A DNA stretch of 34,829 bases from Candidatus Sigynarchaeum calidifontis (GCA_030587475.2 JAUQYZ020000137.1:1-34829), one strand, 5' to 3'; counted from the first letter of the stretch, positions 26,555 to 34,829 are shown. Notes: generated by a model not told the origin, from the sequence alone. A program made the numbers and translations.

Positions 26555-27232
26555 ATGATGAAAAGAACAGTCCCTCTTGCTCTCATCGCCGCCGTGCTGC
26601 TTTTCGCCATGTGCTCAACTGAGGTTAGAGCAGATCCAGGCTATGAAAAATTCATGTCGATCAAACCAGGAGAAACTTACATTTTCACTTACACGGTAAT
26701 CCCTAAGGATCCCCAAGCCCACCAGAGCCAGATGAGCACAGATATCACGTTCGTTATAAATACAATTGTTGATATCGCCATTAATTACTCGTGTAACCTG
26801 ACGTACACGGCTTCCTTTAAAATGCTGGTCAACGGTATCGCTACGGATCACGTGGAAAGGATAACCCGATTTATCACGAATAGTACTAACTCCACCGAAT
26901 ATGTCTATAATGCAACGAACCCGCTAGAACTTTTCTTTATGAATAATAATAAAACGATTTCAAAGAGGACTGTAATAGTCCCAGAAAACGCGAGCCTTGA
27001 TATAGGGTACGGATCCATAACGTGGGATGCAAAAGGCGTGCTAAATGCTGCCGATTTTCACACGCAAATCGATGGCATAGGGAATTGTCTTATCCAGATA
27101 CGACAAAAAGCAGCTGGTGCTCCACCAGTTTCAGGTTATTCGATGGTTTTAATCCTCGTTATAGCAGCAATACCAACAGCTTTGCTGGTAAATAAATTTA
27201 CCAAAAAAGTGCGTCGCGAAAATATTGAATGA
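26555..27232 (+). CDS. Exported surface protein with signal peptide and C-terminal CTERM-type sorting signal
   Basis: MKRTVPLALIAAVLLFAMCSTEVRA signal, beta-rich body with N-x-S/T sites, PPVSGY + TM + KFTKKVRR; alternative start ATG 26540. Confidence 0.75.
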   Translation: MMKRTVPLALIAAVLLFAMCSTEVRADPGYEKFMSIKPGETYIFTYTVIPKDPQAHQSQMSTDITFVINTIVDIAINYSCNLTYTASFKMLVNGIATDHVERITRFITNSTNSTEYVYNATNPLELFFMNNNKTISKRTVIVPENASLDIGYGSITWDAKGVLNAADFHTQIDGIGNCLIQIRQKAAGAPPVSGYSMVLILVIAAIPTALLVNKFTKKVRRENIE

Positions 27233-27453
27233 AATAAGAGAATTTGATGATATCTCGATCTTAAACGACATTCTTGTGTTGTTTTTTCTCCCAATTCCCA
27301 CGTAGCATATTATAATTAACTTGTGCACGAATCATGCGTTTTTGATTATCAATTGGCTTGAATCATTCACCCTTATTCGCCAAAGATTTTTTGACAAATG
27401 GATTTAAGCCATGCACGTTTTTCCATCCCATCTACCTACAAAGTGATCTTGAT

Positions 27454-27732
27454 ATGCCTTCTGGAAAATACCGGTCCCGGACGTTTACTCGAAAGAAGAC
27501 AAGGCTTCCCGGGAAGAAAAACATCATCCATTACGATCGCAGGAAGCCAAGTGCCGCACATTGCAAGGAATGCGGAAAAATGCTTGCCGGCATACCACGC
27601 TCGCGGGATTCCAAGGCCGGCAATCTACCCAAGACAAGGAAGCGACCAGAACGGCCATACAGCGGGAATCTGTGCCCGAATTGCTTGAAGTTGAAAACCC
27701 AAGCCGCAGTATTAGCCGAATCAAGGCAATAG
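27454..27732 (+). CDS. rpl34e: 50S ribosomal protein L34e
   Basis: MPSGKYRSR...RLPG...CKEC...RPERPYSGNLCPNC; GTGA SD before ATG 27454. Confidence 0.95.
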   Translation: MPSGKYRSRTFTRKKTRLPGKKNIIHYDRRKPSAAHCKECGKMLAGIPRSRDSKAGNLPKTRKRPERPYSGNLCPNCLKLKTQAAVLAESRQ

Positions 27733-27777
27733 ACGTGCTCTTCTAAAGCACACGATTTCCAAGGGAGAGCTCTGCCC

Positions 27778-28326
27778 ATGCTCATCACCTTCTCGGGCTT
27801 GCACGGCACCGGGAAAACGACCGTGGCCAGGCTCGTCGCCGAGAAGTACGGGCTATCTCATTTATCAACGGGCATGGTTTTTCGCCAAATGGCGGCCGAG
27901 AAACAAATGAGTCTCGTGGAATTCAGCGAATATGCGGCAACACATCACGACGTGGATATCCAGCTCGATAAAAAAATGCGGGAACGTGGTTTAAAAGGGA
28001 ACGTTGTTCTGGACGGGCAGCTTTGCTGGTATTTCTTGAAAAAAGAGGCAGATTGGAAGGTGTACCTCGATTGCGAGCAGGCAGTACGGATCCAGAGAAT
28101 ATATGACCGAGATCGCGATGCTAAAGGTCCCGATTACACGATAGACAGCGCACGTAAGGAAACGCTGGAAAGGGAACGGATCGAGCAAGAAAGATACAAG
28201 CAGATCTATGCCATTGACTTGTCGGATTTAGATTTCGTCAAGAACAACCACGACATCGTGGTTGATACCACGCGCCTCACCATACCGCAAGTTGTTGAAT
28301 TTATAGTTTCTCGAATTCACCAGTAA
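27778..28326 (+). CDS. cmk: Archaeal cytidylate kinase
   Basis: ITFSGLHGTGKTT, G.VFRQMA, D.QLD, RYKQIYAID and VVDTT. Confidence 0.93.
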   Translation: MLITFSGLHGTGKTTVARLVAEKYGLSHLSTGMVFRQMAAEKQMSLVEFSEYAATHHDVDIQLDKKMRERGLKGNVVLDGQLCWYFLKKEADWKVYLDCEQAVRIQRIYDRDRDAKGPDYTIDSARKETLERERIEQERYKQIYAIDLSDLDFVKNNHDIVVDTTRLTIPQVVEFIVSRIHQ

Positions 28327-28494
28327 TCGTGATGATTACTGCATTCTTGAGTAGCGAAGGTCTATCTAGGTGCTACTTGCTTGGCGTTAGTCTTTAATGA
28401 TATGCTTCGTTCTACCGCTTGCCCGAACGCGTGCGTGAAATTGCTGCAAGGGGCATATTGATCTCAATCTTTGATCAGCAAGGATGAAAGTATC

Positions 28495-28776
28495 ATGGCC
28501 TCATTCGAAGTTGGATGCATTTGCATCAAGACAGCTGGCAGGGATGCCCTCCGGCGGTGCGTACTTGTCGAGATCATCGACAAGAATTTCGGACTGGTGA
28601 CAGGCCCGAAAAGCATTTCTGGTGTCAGGCGGCGGAAAGTCAACCTTTCCCACCTCGAACCAACCGGAGACAAGATAAGCATCGACAAGAACGCCTCCGA
28701 TGAATCGGTCACGAAAGCCCTGGAAAAGGCGAACCTGATCGAAAAGATGAAGAAAAAGATCACCATCAAGGCATGA
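28495..28776 (+). CDS. rpl14e: 50S ribosomal protein L14e
   Basis: EVG.ICIKTAGRDA..CVLVEIIDKNF.LVTGPK..SGVRRRKVN..HLEPT. Confidence 0.95.
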   Translation: MASFEVGCICIKTAGRDALRRCVLVEIIDKNFGLVTGPKSISGVRRRKVNLSHLEPTGDKISIDKNASDESVTKALEKANLIEKMKKKITIKA

Positions 28777-28894
28777 GCGGCCTGGTTCCAGCACGTGCCC
28801 GATGAAAACTGTAACAGCTGATTCTTTTTTTAACCCTTCCGAGTCTTCTATATCGTGATCACGAGAAACAATAAACAAAGGGCGACAGACTCCT

Positions 28895-29899
28895 TTGGCT
28901 AGGAAACTCCCCGTCGAACGTGCACATGACTTCCAGATCAAGGCCGAGGAGGAAACGAGCCTTGAGTATGGTTGTCCTCCAGAAAGCCGGTCAATGATCC
29001 AAAAACTCGATCATGGCTTGATCAATCTCGACAAAGTAGCAGGACCGACGAGCCACGAGGTAGCAAGCTGGGTAAAACGAATTTTTTCTGCTTCAAATGT
29101 GGTAACGAAGACCGGCCATGGTGGCACCTTGGATCCAAAGGTCACGGGCGTGTTGCCTATTGCTTTAAACAAGGCAACACGGGTTGTCGATGTTTTACTA
29201 ACGGCAGGGAAGGAATATGTTTGCATAATGAAATTACACGGGAATGTCGAAGAGGCACGCATCCGGTCGGTCATGTCATGCTTCGAGGGACGGATATATC
29301 AGCGCCCCCCCGTTAGAGCCGCCGTGAAACGCGTGATCCGCGTGCGGGAAATTTATTACTTGAATATCATCGAAATCGACAACCAACACGTGCTTTTCAA
29401 GGTCGGGTGTGAAGCGGGAACGTATGTCAGGAAGCTGTGTTATGATGTCGGCGAGGTGCTCGGTTGCGGGGCACACATGGAGGAGCTGCGACGGACACGT
29501 TCGGGACCTTTTGTCGAGGATAGCACGCTCGTGACGCTCCAAGATCTCGTGGACGCGATATTTTTCTGGCAAGTAGAGAATGACGAGCGGGAATTGATAC
29601 GGATCTTGTATCCAATGGAGATTGCCTTCTCGCACCTCCCGCACGTCATCATACGGGATTCTGCGGTGGATCCCGTTTGCCATGGGGCTAATCTCACTGC
29701 TCCAGGGATATTGCGGCTAGACCGTGATATCAAGGCCGGTGATACCGTTGGTATCTTCACGCAAAAGGGAGAAGTCGTGGCGATCGGAAAAAGTATAGCT
29801 TCCACGGCCGATATCATCGCTGCTAACAGCGGATTTATGGTGGAAACATCGAGAGTTTTCATGGATCCGGGAACCTATCCAAAATGGGTCAAGAAATGA
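28895..29899 (+). CDS. cbf5: H/ACA-guided / tRNA pseudouridine synthase Cbf5
   Basis: DKVAGPTSHEV, GHGGTLDPKVTG (catalytic Asp), IYQRPP, GTYVRKL and PUA domain. Confidence 0.97.
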   Translation: MARKLPVERAHDFQIKAEEETSLEYGCPPESRSMIQKLDHGLINLDKVAGPTSHEVASWVKRIFSASNVVTKTGHGGTLDPKVTGVLPIALNKATRVVDVLLTAGKEYVCIMKLHGNVEEARIRSVMSCFEGRIYQRPPVRAAVKRVIRVREIYYLNIIEIDNQHVLFKVGCEAGTYVRKLCYDVGEVLGCGAHMEELRRTRSGPFVEDSTLVTLQDLVDAIFFWQVENDERELIRILYPMEIAFSHLPHVIIRDSAVDPVCHGANLTAPGILRLDRDIKAGDTVGIFTQKGEVVAIGKSIASTADIIAANSGFMVETSRVFMDPGTYPKWVKK

Positions 29900-30561
29900 C
29901 GAAGCCCGAGCGAAAAGAGTTCGATCGCGGGTCTCGTGCTCATTATTTCACCGAGGACGACACGCCCGCCGTGACGGAGAACAAGTTCCCCTTCGCATTC
30001 AAGGGAAGACATTTCACATTCGAAACAGGGCCAGGAATGTTCTCGAAAGGTAGGGTAGACACGGGTTCAAGGATCTTGCTACAAGAGTTTTGTAAAAACG
30101 AGCAGCCTGCTGCTTGCGCAAGGTTTCTTGACCTTGGTTGCGGGTACGGGCTCATCGGAATCGTGCTCGCAGGGATGTTCGAAAATATAAACGTTGATTT
30201 CATCGAAAAAAATACTAAGGCAGCGAAGTTCGCAGAGAAAAATGCCACAAATAATGGCATCGGGAATGCAAAGGTGTATGCCATCGATTTCACGGACGAG
30301 ATCCAGCGTAGACAAGCAATCAGCCGGGACTTGTACGATTATATCCTGTTCAACCCGCCCGTGAAGGCAGGAAAACAAGCCATGAGCGCGATGATAGAAG
30401 CGGCGCTGAGTTGTTTGAAGGTTGGTGGCACCTTGTATCTCGTCATTCGAACCTCACTCGGGGCAAAGTCTTGGCAAGCTATTTTCGAGAAGCGGGAAGA
30501 TATCGCCCTCGAAGTGTTTAGAGAATCGGGGTACCGGGTTTTCAAGCTGACCTTGAGATAA
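29896..30561 (+). CDS. Class I SAM-dependent methyltransferase (RsmC/MTS-like)
   Basis: HYF N-terminus, GMFSKGRVD.GS, LDLGCGYG and FNPP motif; ATGA overlap with the cbf5 stop. Confidence 0.88.
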   Translation: MTKPERKEFDRGSRAHYFTEDDTPAVTENKFPFAFKGRHFTFETGPGMFSKGRVDTGSRILLQEFCKNEQPAACARFLDLGCGYGLIGIVLAGMFENINVDFIEKNTKAAKFAEKNATNNGIGNAKVYAIDFTDEIQRRQAISRDLYDYILFNPPVKAGKQAMSAMIEAALSCLKVGGTLYLVIRTSLGAKSWQAIFEKREDIALEVFRESGYRVFKLTLR

Positions 30562-30684
30562 CCATGTGAAGCGGTGCTGATCGATGACAAGGATTTGATT
30601 CGATTACCCGCTATCCAAAGATTTTATTTTAGTCCCGTTCCTTATCTACTCTGTTGACTACCAAAAATCGTCAACTGTTCAAAT

Positions 30685-30794
30685 GCGGAGGTAGTCAAGT
30701 GGTTACGACGCTGGTTTGGAGATCACTAGCATTAAGCACGTGACCTTATAGCCAGTGCCCACAAGGTGCGAGGGTTCGAATCCCTCCCTCCGCG
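30685..30794 (+). tRNA. tRNA-Ser(GGA) with 28-nt intron at 37/38 (30722-30749)
   Basis: Acceptor GCGGAGG/CCTCCGC, G73, D arm GTC..GG..GAC, anticodon stem CTGGT/GCCAG, loop TT-GGA-G|A, long variable arm, T arm GAGGG-TTCGAAT-CCCTC; CCA not encoded. Confidence 0.88.
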
Positions 30795-30822
30795 TCTAAC
30801 TATCTTCTCACGAGCGAGCCTG

Positions 30823-32127
30823 ATGGAGCCGAACATCGCAGGAACCCCGGATTATCGCCAAGCCTACGAGAGATCCAACTACCGCCTAGTCGGAAAATAC
30901 AAGCATTCTGCGTTGAAACCGTGCCATTGGTTGCTGGAAAAGCTATACACGGGAAGAGACTTGCCACTATCAGATCCCTCCAACCGGAACTGCTACAAGG
31001 GATACTTCGGCATCAAGAGCGAGAAATGCATCCAAAATACCCCGGCTCTCCCCTTCTGCACGCATAATTGCGTCTTTTGCTGGCGCGATTTGGAAGAGGG
31101 GAACCTAGGACCATCGTTTTCGTTGCCGGCGGACGAACCAAAGCTTTTGGTTAAGGAATTCATCCGAAATCAGCTAAACATGCTCGATCATCACTTGGGT
31201 GCTGACAAGTTCCTCCATAACTACGACATCATGATCAACATCGTATCGAGCATGAAACAAGCTGATGGCAAGGTTGATATCAACGATTTTCATGCCAAGT
31301 CGGGAGAATCCTGGAACCGGGTCGATGATGCCATCGTGCTGCTCAAGACCACGGAGATCGTCGACACGCGGGACAACATCCGGTATTGCTTTAACCCCCG
31401 CATCGACACGTCCCTGGATCCAGAAGCGCTGCTCGCGGCCTACTTGACGACGAGGGACGAGATTCGGCGCGCTTTCGCCAGCGCGCACGAACCGTCGCAC
31501 GCTGCCATCTCGCTCGCGGGAGAACCCACGCTATACCCGTTTATCGGTGGCCTGGTCAGGGAATTCAAGCGACGGGGATTCACGACGTTCATCGTTAGCA
31601 ACGGAACGATGCCTGGGGTGCTCGAACGCATGGATCCGCTGCCCACCCAGCTTTACATCACGTTACCACCACCCGACGAAAAAATGTATGCCAGGATTCA
31701 TCGCCCGTCGATACAAGGGGGATATCAAGCCATCATGAAAACCTTGCAAGTCTTGCCGTCACTCACCTGCCGCACGTGCTTGCGGATCACGCACGTGAAG
31801 GGGATCAACGACAGCACGAGTGGCGATCACGTGCAAGGACTCGTCAAGCTCGTCAAGATGGCGAATCCGAGCTTCTTGGAAGTTAAGGGTTTTGCAGTTG
31901 AAGCAAGGGCCATGCTCTTAAAAAAGAGACTGGGCCTGGGTGGCGACGGCACGACGATCGGCGAGAGTTCTGGCTTCGCACCGACCTTTGAAGACGTGAT
32001 CACGTTTGCACAGAGGTTGTCCGAAGCCGGGGGGTTCCCGATCTTGGAGGTATCGAAGCCAAGCCGTGACGTGCTCATGCTCGTGAACTGGCCAGTGGAC
32101 AAACCGATTAAGATAGTGGCCCCGTGA
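30823..32127 (+). CDS. taw1: 4-demethylwyosine synthase Taw1/TYW1 (radical SAM) with internal insertion
   Basis: HSALKPCHW, CYKGYFGI.S..CIQ, CTHNCVFCWR, HAAISLAGEP and EVKG; ATG 30823 chosen because 30766 lies inside the tRNA. Confidence 0.92.
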   Translation: MEPNIAGTPDYRQAYERSNYRLVGKYKHSALKPCHWLLEKLYTGRDLPLSDPSNRNCYKGYFGIKSEKCIQNTPALPFCTHNCVFCWRDLEEGNLGPSFSLPADEPKLLVKEFIRNQLNMLDHHLGADKFLHNYDIMINIVSSMKQADGKVDINDFHAKSGESWNRVDDAIVLLKTTEIVDTRDNIRYCFNPRIDTSLDPEALLAAYLTTRDEIRRAFASAHEPSHAAISLAGEPTLYPFIGGLVREFKRRGFTTFIVSNGTMPGVLERMDPLPTQLYITLPPPDEKMYARIHRPSIQGGYQAIMKTLQVLPSLTCRTCLRITHVKGINDSTSGDHVQGLVKLVKMANPSFLEVKGFAVEARAMLLKKRLGLGGDGTTIGESSGFAPTFEDVITFAQRLSEAGGFPILEVSKPSRDVLMLVNWPVDKPIKIVAP

Positions 32128-32129
32128 AT

Positions 32130-32336
32130 TCAACCTACATTGTCATGCCCGAACCTTCGCTGGTATTCCGGGTCGTTTTTGAGCATCTCTTGCACGTCGT
32201 CGATGCACGTGCTGTTTTTCTTGACCAACTTGCCGTGCTTGGAGCACCGGATGACGATTTCCCGGCGACACGCCCCCGATAGATCACCCGTGTCCTCGCT
32301 CTTAGCATGTTCGCAAGAAAAATCGCACCATTTCAT
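32130..32336 (-). CDS. Small Cys-rich putative metal-binding protein
   Basis: 68 aa, CDFSC...ACR...CSKH...C spacing; fills the gap between taw1 and secY. Confidence 0.6.
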   Translation of the reverse strand: MKWCDFSCEHAKSEDTGDLSGACRREIVIRCSKHGKLVKKNSTCIDDVQEMLKNDPEYQRRFGHDNVG

Positions 32337-32531
32337 ACTAAATCACCAATATAGCACGATCATCCATGTCTCATCGACCCGAGATGTGCGTTCCATAGGC
32401 ATGCAAAATAGGTGTCAATAGAGGATAACCCCCGTCAAAGTTTAATTTTTACGACCACTCTTCTACCCACCCTTCCCGTTTTTACTTTCGCGGGAAGAAC
32501 GTGACATTGATCCTAGCAGTCGTGATCAAGC

Positions 32532-34064
32532 ATGCCGTCGAAATTTCTCAGTATCTTCAAGCCGCTCTGTCGCATCATGCCAGAGGTGAAGCAGCCCGAC
32601 CGCGAGGTGTCGTTCAAGGAGAAATTTTTCTGGACTGCCATCGTCCTGGTGATTTACTTGTTCATGTCGCAGATCCCCGTGTACGGGGTTAGTACCAAGG
32701 GGGGAGTTGACCCTTTCTTCTGGTTGCGCGTGATCCTTGCAAGCAACCGTGGCTCGCTAACCGAGCTTGGGATCGGACCGATCGTGACGGCAGGCTTGAT
32801 CATGCAATTGCTCCAGGGCTCCAAGCTCATCAAGGTCGACCTCACATCGCCTGAGGACCGCGCCCTCTTCACGGGAACGCAAAAAGTCATGGCCATCGCG
32901 CTCACGGTGTTCCAGATCATTGCTTACTTGCTCGCAGGAGCTTTTGGGCCGACATCGGGGACTGGTGCCTTAACTCCCGATAGGATCACGTATATCTTCT
33001 TGCAATTGCTCGCATCGGGCATCATCATCATATTACTTGATGAGGTCATCCAAAAGGGATGGGGTATCGGCAGCGGTGTTTCATTGTTCATCGCAGCGGG
33101 TGTGGCAGGGCAGATCCTCTGGAGCGCCTTCAGTTTCCTGCCAGCAACATACGCAAACCCGAATGCTGATGCCATCCCGGACAACGGCGACGAAACCTTG
33201 ATCCAGCGATGCGGAGACACCAATTTGATGCGTGGTGCCATCCTTGCGTTCTTCCAATCCATAGGATGCAACAACGTGGGTGCCAGTTTCTTCCGGCCGG
33301 GTGGCCTCCCGACCATGTTCGGCGTTATCGTCACCGCGGTGATTTTCTTCGTCGTCGTTTACGTGGAAACGGTAAAAGTGGAGATCCCCCTCCAATACAC
33401 CGGGTACCGGGGCTTCGCGGGGAAGTATCCCATCAAGCTCATGTACGTGTCGAACATCCCGGTCATCCTCGCGCAAGCCCTCTATGCTAACGTGCTATTC
33501 TTTGGCCAGCTGATCGCGGGTCCGAACTCAGCTCTTCGAGCACAAGCAGGGAAGGGAACCGTTTTCGAGTTCTTGCTGAACTTGATCGGTACACCAAATC
33601 CCGTGGCCACCTCGCAAAATACCTTCACCGGTGGATTGATCTACTACCTCACCCCGCCTCGGGGTTTGGATGCCGTCGCGGCAGACCCGCTGCGTGCCAT
33701 CATCTATTTCGCCATTTTCCTGGTCTTGTGCATCTACTTCGGGCAGATATGGGTCGACGTGAGCGGGCTGGCCCCGCGCGACATCGCCCAGCAGATCCTC
33801 GATAGCGGCATGTCCATCCCCGGCTTCCGCAACAGTGCCAAGCCCATCGAACGCATCCTCAAGCGCTACATCCCCACGCTCACGATACTTTGTGGCATCA
33901 TCGTGGCGGTGCTCGCGTTCACGGCGGATGCGTTTGACGCGCTGGGTAGCGGGACAGGTATCTTGTTAACCGTCGGCATCATGCACAATTACGCTGAACA
34001 GATATCCAAGGAGGCTGCGGCCGAGCAATATCCCGCGTTGCGCGGCTTTCTGGGCTTGGATTGA
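32532..34064 (+). CDS. secY: Preprotein translocase SecY/Sec61alpha
   Basis: NRGSLTELGIGPIVTAGLIMQLL, GWGIGSGVSLFIA, YPIKLMYVSNIPVIL and GSGTGILLTV; 10 TM. Confidence 0.98.
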   Translation: MPSKFLSIFKPLCRIMPEVKQPDREVSFKEKFFWTAIVLVIYLFMSQIPVYGVSTKGGVDPFFWLRVILASNRGSLTELGIGPIVTAGLIMQLLQGSKLIKVDLTSPEDRALFTGTQKVMAIALTVFQIIAYLLAGAFGPTSGTGALTPDRITYIFLQLLASGIIIILLDEVIQKGWGIGSGVSLFIAAGVAGQILWSAFSFLPATYANPNADAIPDNGDETLIQRCGDTNLMRGAILAFFQSIGCNNVGASFFRPGGLPTMFGVIVTAVIFFVVVYVETVKVEIPLQYTGYRGFAGKYPIKLMYVSNIPVILAQALYANVLFFGQLIAGPNSALRAQAGKGTVFEFLLNLIGTPNPVATSQNTFTGGLIYYLTPPRGLDAVAADPLRAIIYFAIFLVLCIYFGQIWVDVSGLAPRDIAQQILDSGMSIPGFRNSAKPIERILKRYIPTLTILCGIIVAVLAFTADAFDALGSGTGILLTVGIMHNYAEQISKEAAAEQYPALRGFLGLD

Positions 34065-34275
34065 AACCAATTTAATCATTTGCCCATTTTATCATGTTTT
34101 CGCGTGCTCCCCGAGCGCATGCCGAGAAAAGAATTTTATTCCTTTATTGAGATTCTGTCATCAAGATTGGTTAAAAAACCCATATCTTTACAATCAATAG
34201 TAGTACTCTTGAACATGTAAAATCGATGGTGTTGTTATCAAGAAAGCACGAGAAGATCGCTCAAGCGTGAATATT

Positions 34276-34829
34276 TTGAGTGCAAGCAACAAACTCTTTA
34301 ATTTTGCCATGGATGCAGCGCGACAAGCAGTTAATTTTGATCGGCAAGGTATGATCGAGGAGGCTTTTGAGAAATACATGCGTGCTGCCGAAAGTCTGCT
34401 CGAGTTCTTGCGCTTCAACAAGAACAAAAAGCTCCAACGCATCGTGGAGGATCGGATGGAAGAGTACCTCGCGCGTGCAGCGTATCTCAAGAAAAAGATC
34501 ACTGGAAAGACGGTCAAGGCGGTTTCAGCCTCCAATGGCTCGGGTACGAAGAAATCGGGCCCCACGGACAGATCGAAAGTGGCAGATAACGTCCAGGACG
34601 AGGACGTGGACGAAGACACGAAGCGCTTGCAAGAAATGATCCAGGACACGGTTATCACCGAGAAACCGAACGTGACCTGGAATGATGTCGCGGGCCTAGA
34701 TCGTGTCAAGCAGACCCTGCGCGAGTCCATCGTGCTGCCCGTCTTGCACCCCGAGATCTTCAAGGGGGCGAGGAAACCATGGACGGGCGTGCTCTTGTTC
34801 GGGCCGCCCGGAACGGGCAAGACGCTGCT
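34276..34829 (+). CDS. vps4: Vps4/CdvC-like AAA ATPase with N-terminal MIT domain (partial, runs off the window; absent from the ORF track)
   Basis: Own translation: MSASNKLFNFAMDAARQAVNFDRQGMIEEAFEKYMRAAESLLEFL...EEYLARAAYLK (MIT), then EKPNVTWNDVAGL...[34 protein letters not shown]; TTG start with GTGA SD. Confidence 0.9.
   Translation, partial: MSASNKLFNFAMDAARQAVNFDRQGMIEEAFEKYMRAAESLLEFLRFNKNKKLQRIVEDRMEEYLARAAYLKKKITGKTVKAVSASNGSGTKKSGPTDRSKVADNVQDEDVDEDTKRLQEMIQDTVITEKPNVTWNDVAGLDRVKQTLRESIVLPVLHPEIFKGARKPWTGVLLFGPPGTGKTL

Noticed and set aside
27730-27780. rpl34e TAG in frame with cmk via 15 open codons (possible amber read-through or pyrrolysine)
   Set aside because: Both proteins are complete, cmk has its own purine-rich SD-like site, and there are no pyl genes in the window
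30741-30755. Alternative splicing of the tRNA to give a TTA (ochre suppressor) anticodon
   Set aside because: It would put C at 33 and T at 37, violating U33/R37; the GGA reading fits canonical 37/38 intron geometry
30766-30822. ORF-track N-terminal extension of Taw1
   Set aside because: It overlaps the tRNA T arm and acceptor stem; ATG 30823 is the plausible start
34194-34820. 208-aa minus-strand ORF and other antisense or alternate-frame ORFs in the track (e.g. 21807-22541, 10931-11491, 5100-5642)
   Set aside because: These are shadows of well-supported genes on the opposite strand or frame, with no recognisable motifs
1-34829. CRISPR arrays, transposases, integrases, att sites at the tRNA, inteins
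   Set aside because: No regularly spaced repeats, mobile-element proteins, duplicated tRNA 3' end or intein termini were found by eye

Overview
Gene-dense archaeal chromosomal window with no prophage, IS element or CRISPR array visible. It is most likely from an Asgard archaeon (Lokiarchaeia-like). This is inferred from a MIT-domain Vps4, a Sec61alpha-like SecY, a roadblock protein, a CTERM-type sorting signal and GTGA-type Shine-Dalgarno sites. In order, it holds: a CooC-type Ni-insertion ATPase; a tetrahydromethanopterin biosynthesis cluster (DUF98 chorismate lyase, an uncharacterised PurM-like ATPase, beta-RFA-P synthase, MptD); a minus-strand trio (degenerate phosphohexomutase, roadblock protein with long tail, membrane Zn-ribbon protein); a heat-shock operon (hsp20-cdc48-Phr/HSR1-like repressor) with a candidate operator; two hypotheticals; a corrinoid protein/MtaA-like methyltransferase pair; purC-purL(PurS-fused)-purQ; a SAMP/MoaD ubiquitin-like protein; RNase Z; a MacB/LolCDE-type ABC pair; a small STI1/DP-like helical protein; a DUF106/EMC3 insertase; a CTERM-anchored surface protein; rpl34e-cmk-rpl14e-cbf5; a methyltransferase; an intron-containing tRNA-Ser(GGA); taw1 with an insertion; secY; and the 5' part of vps4. 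The best leads are the PurM-like enzyme as a candidate for a missing methanopterin step, the STI1-like protein beside the EMC3-family insertase, a probable ACG start codon within a repeat array, and a winged-helix-like insertion in Taw1. All assignments come from motif recognition by eye; no database searches were run.
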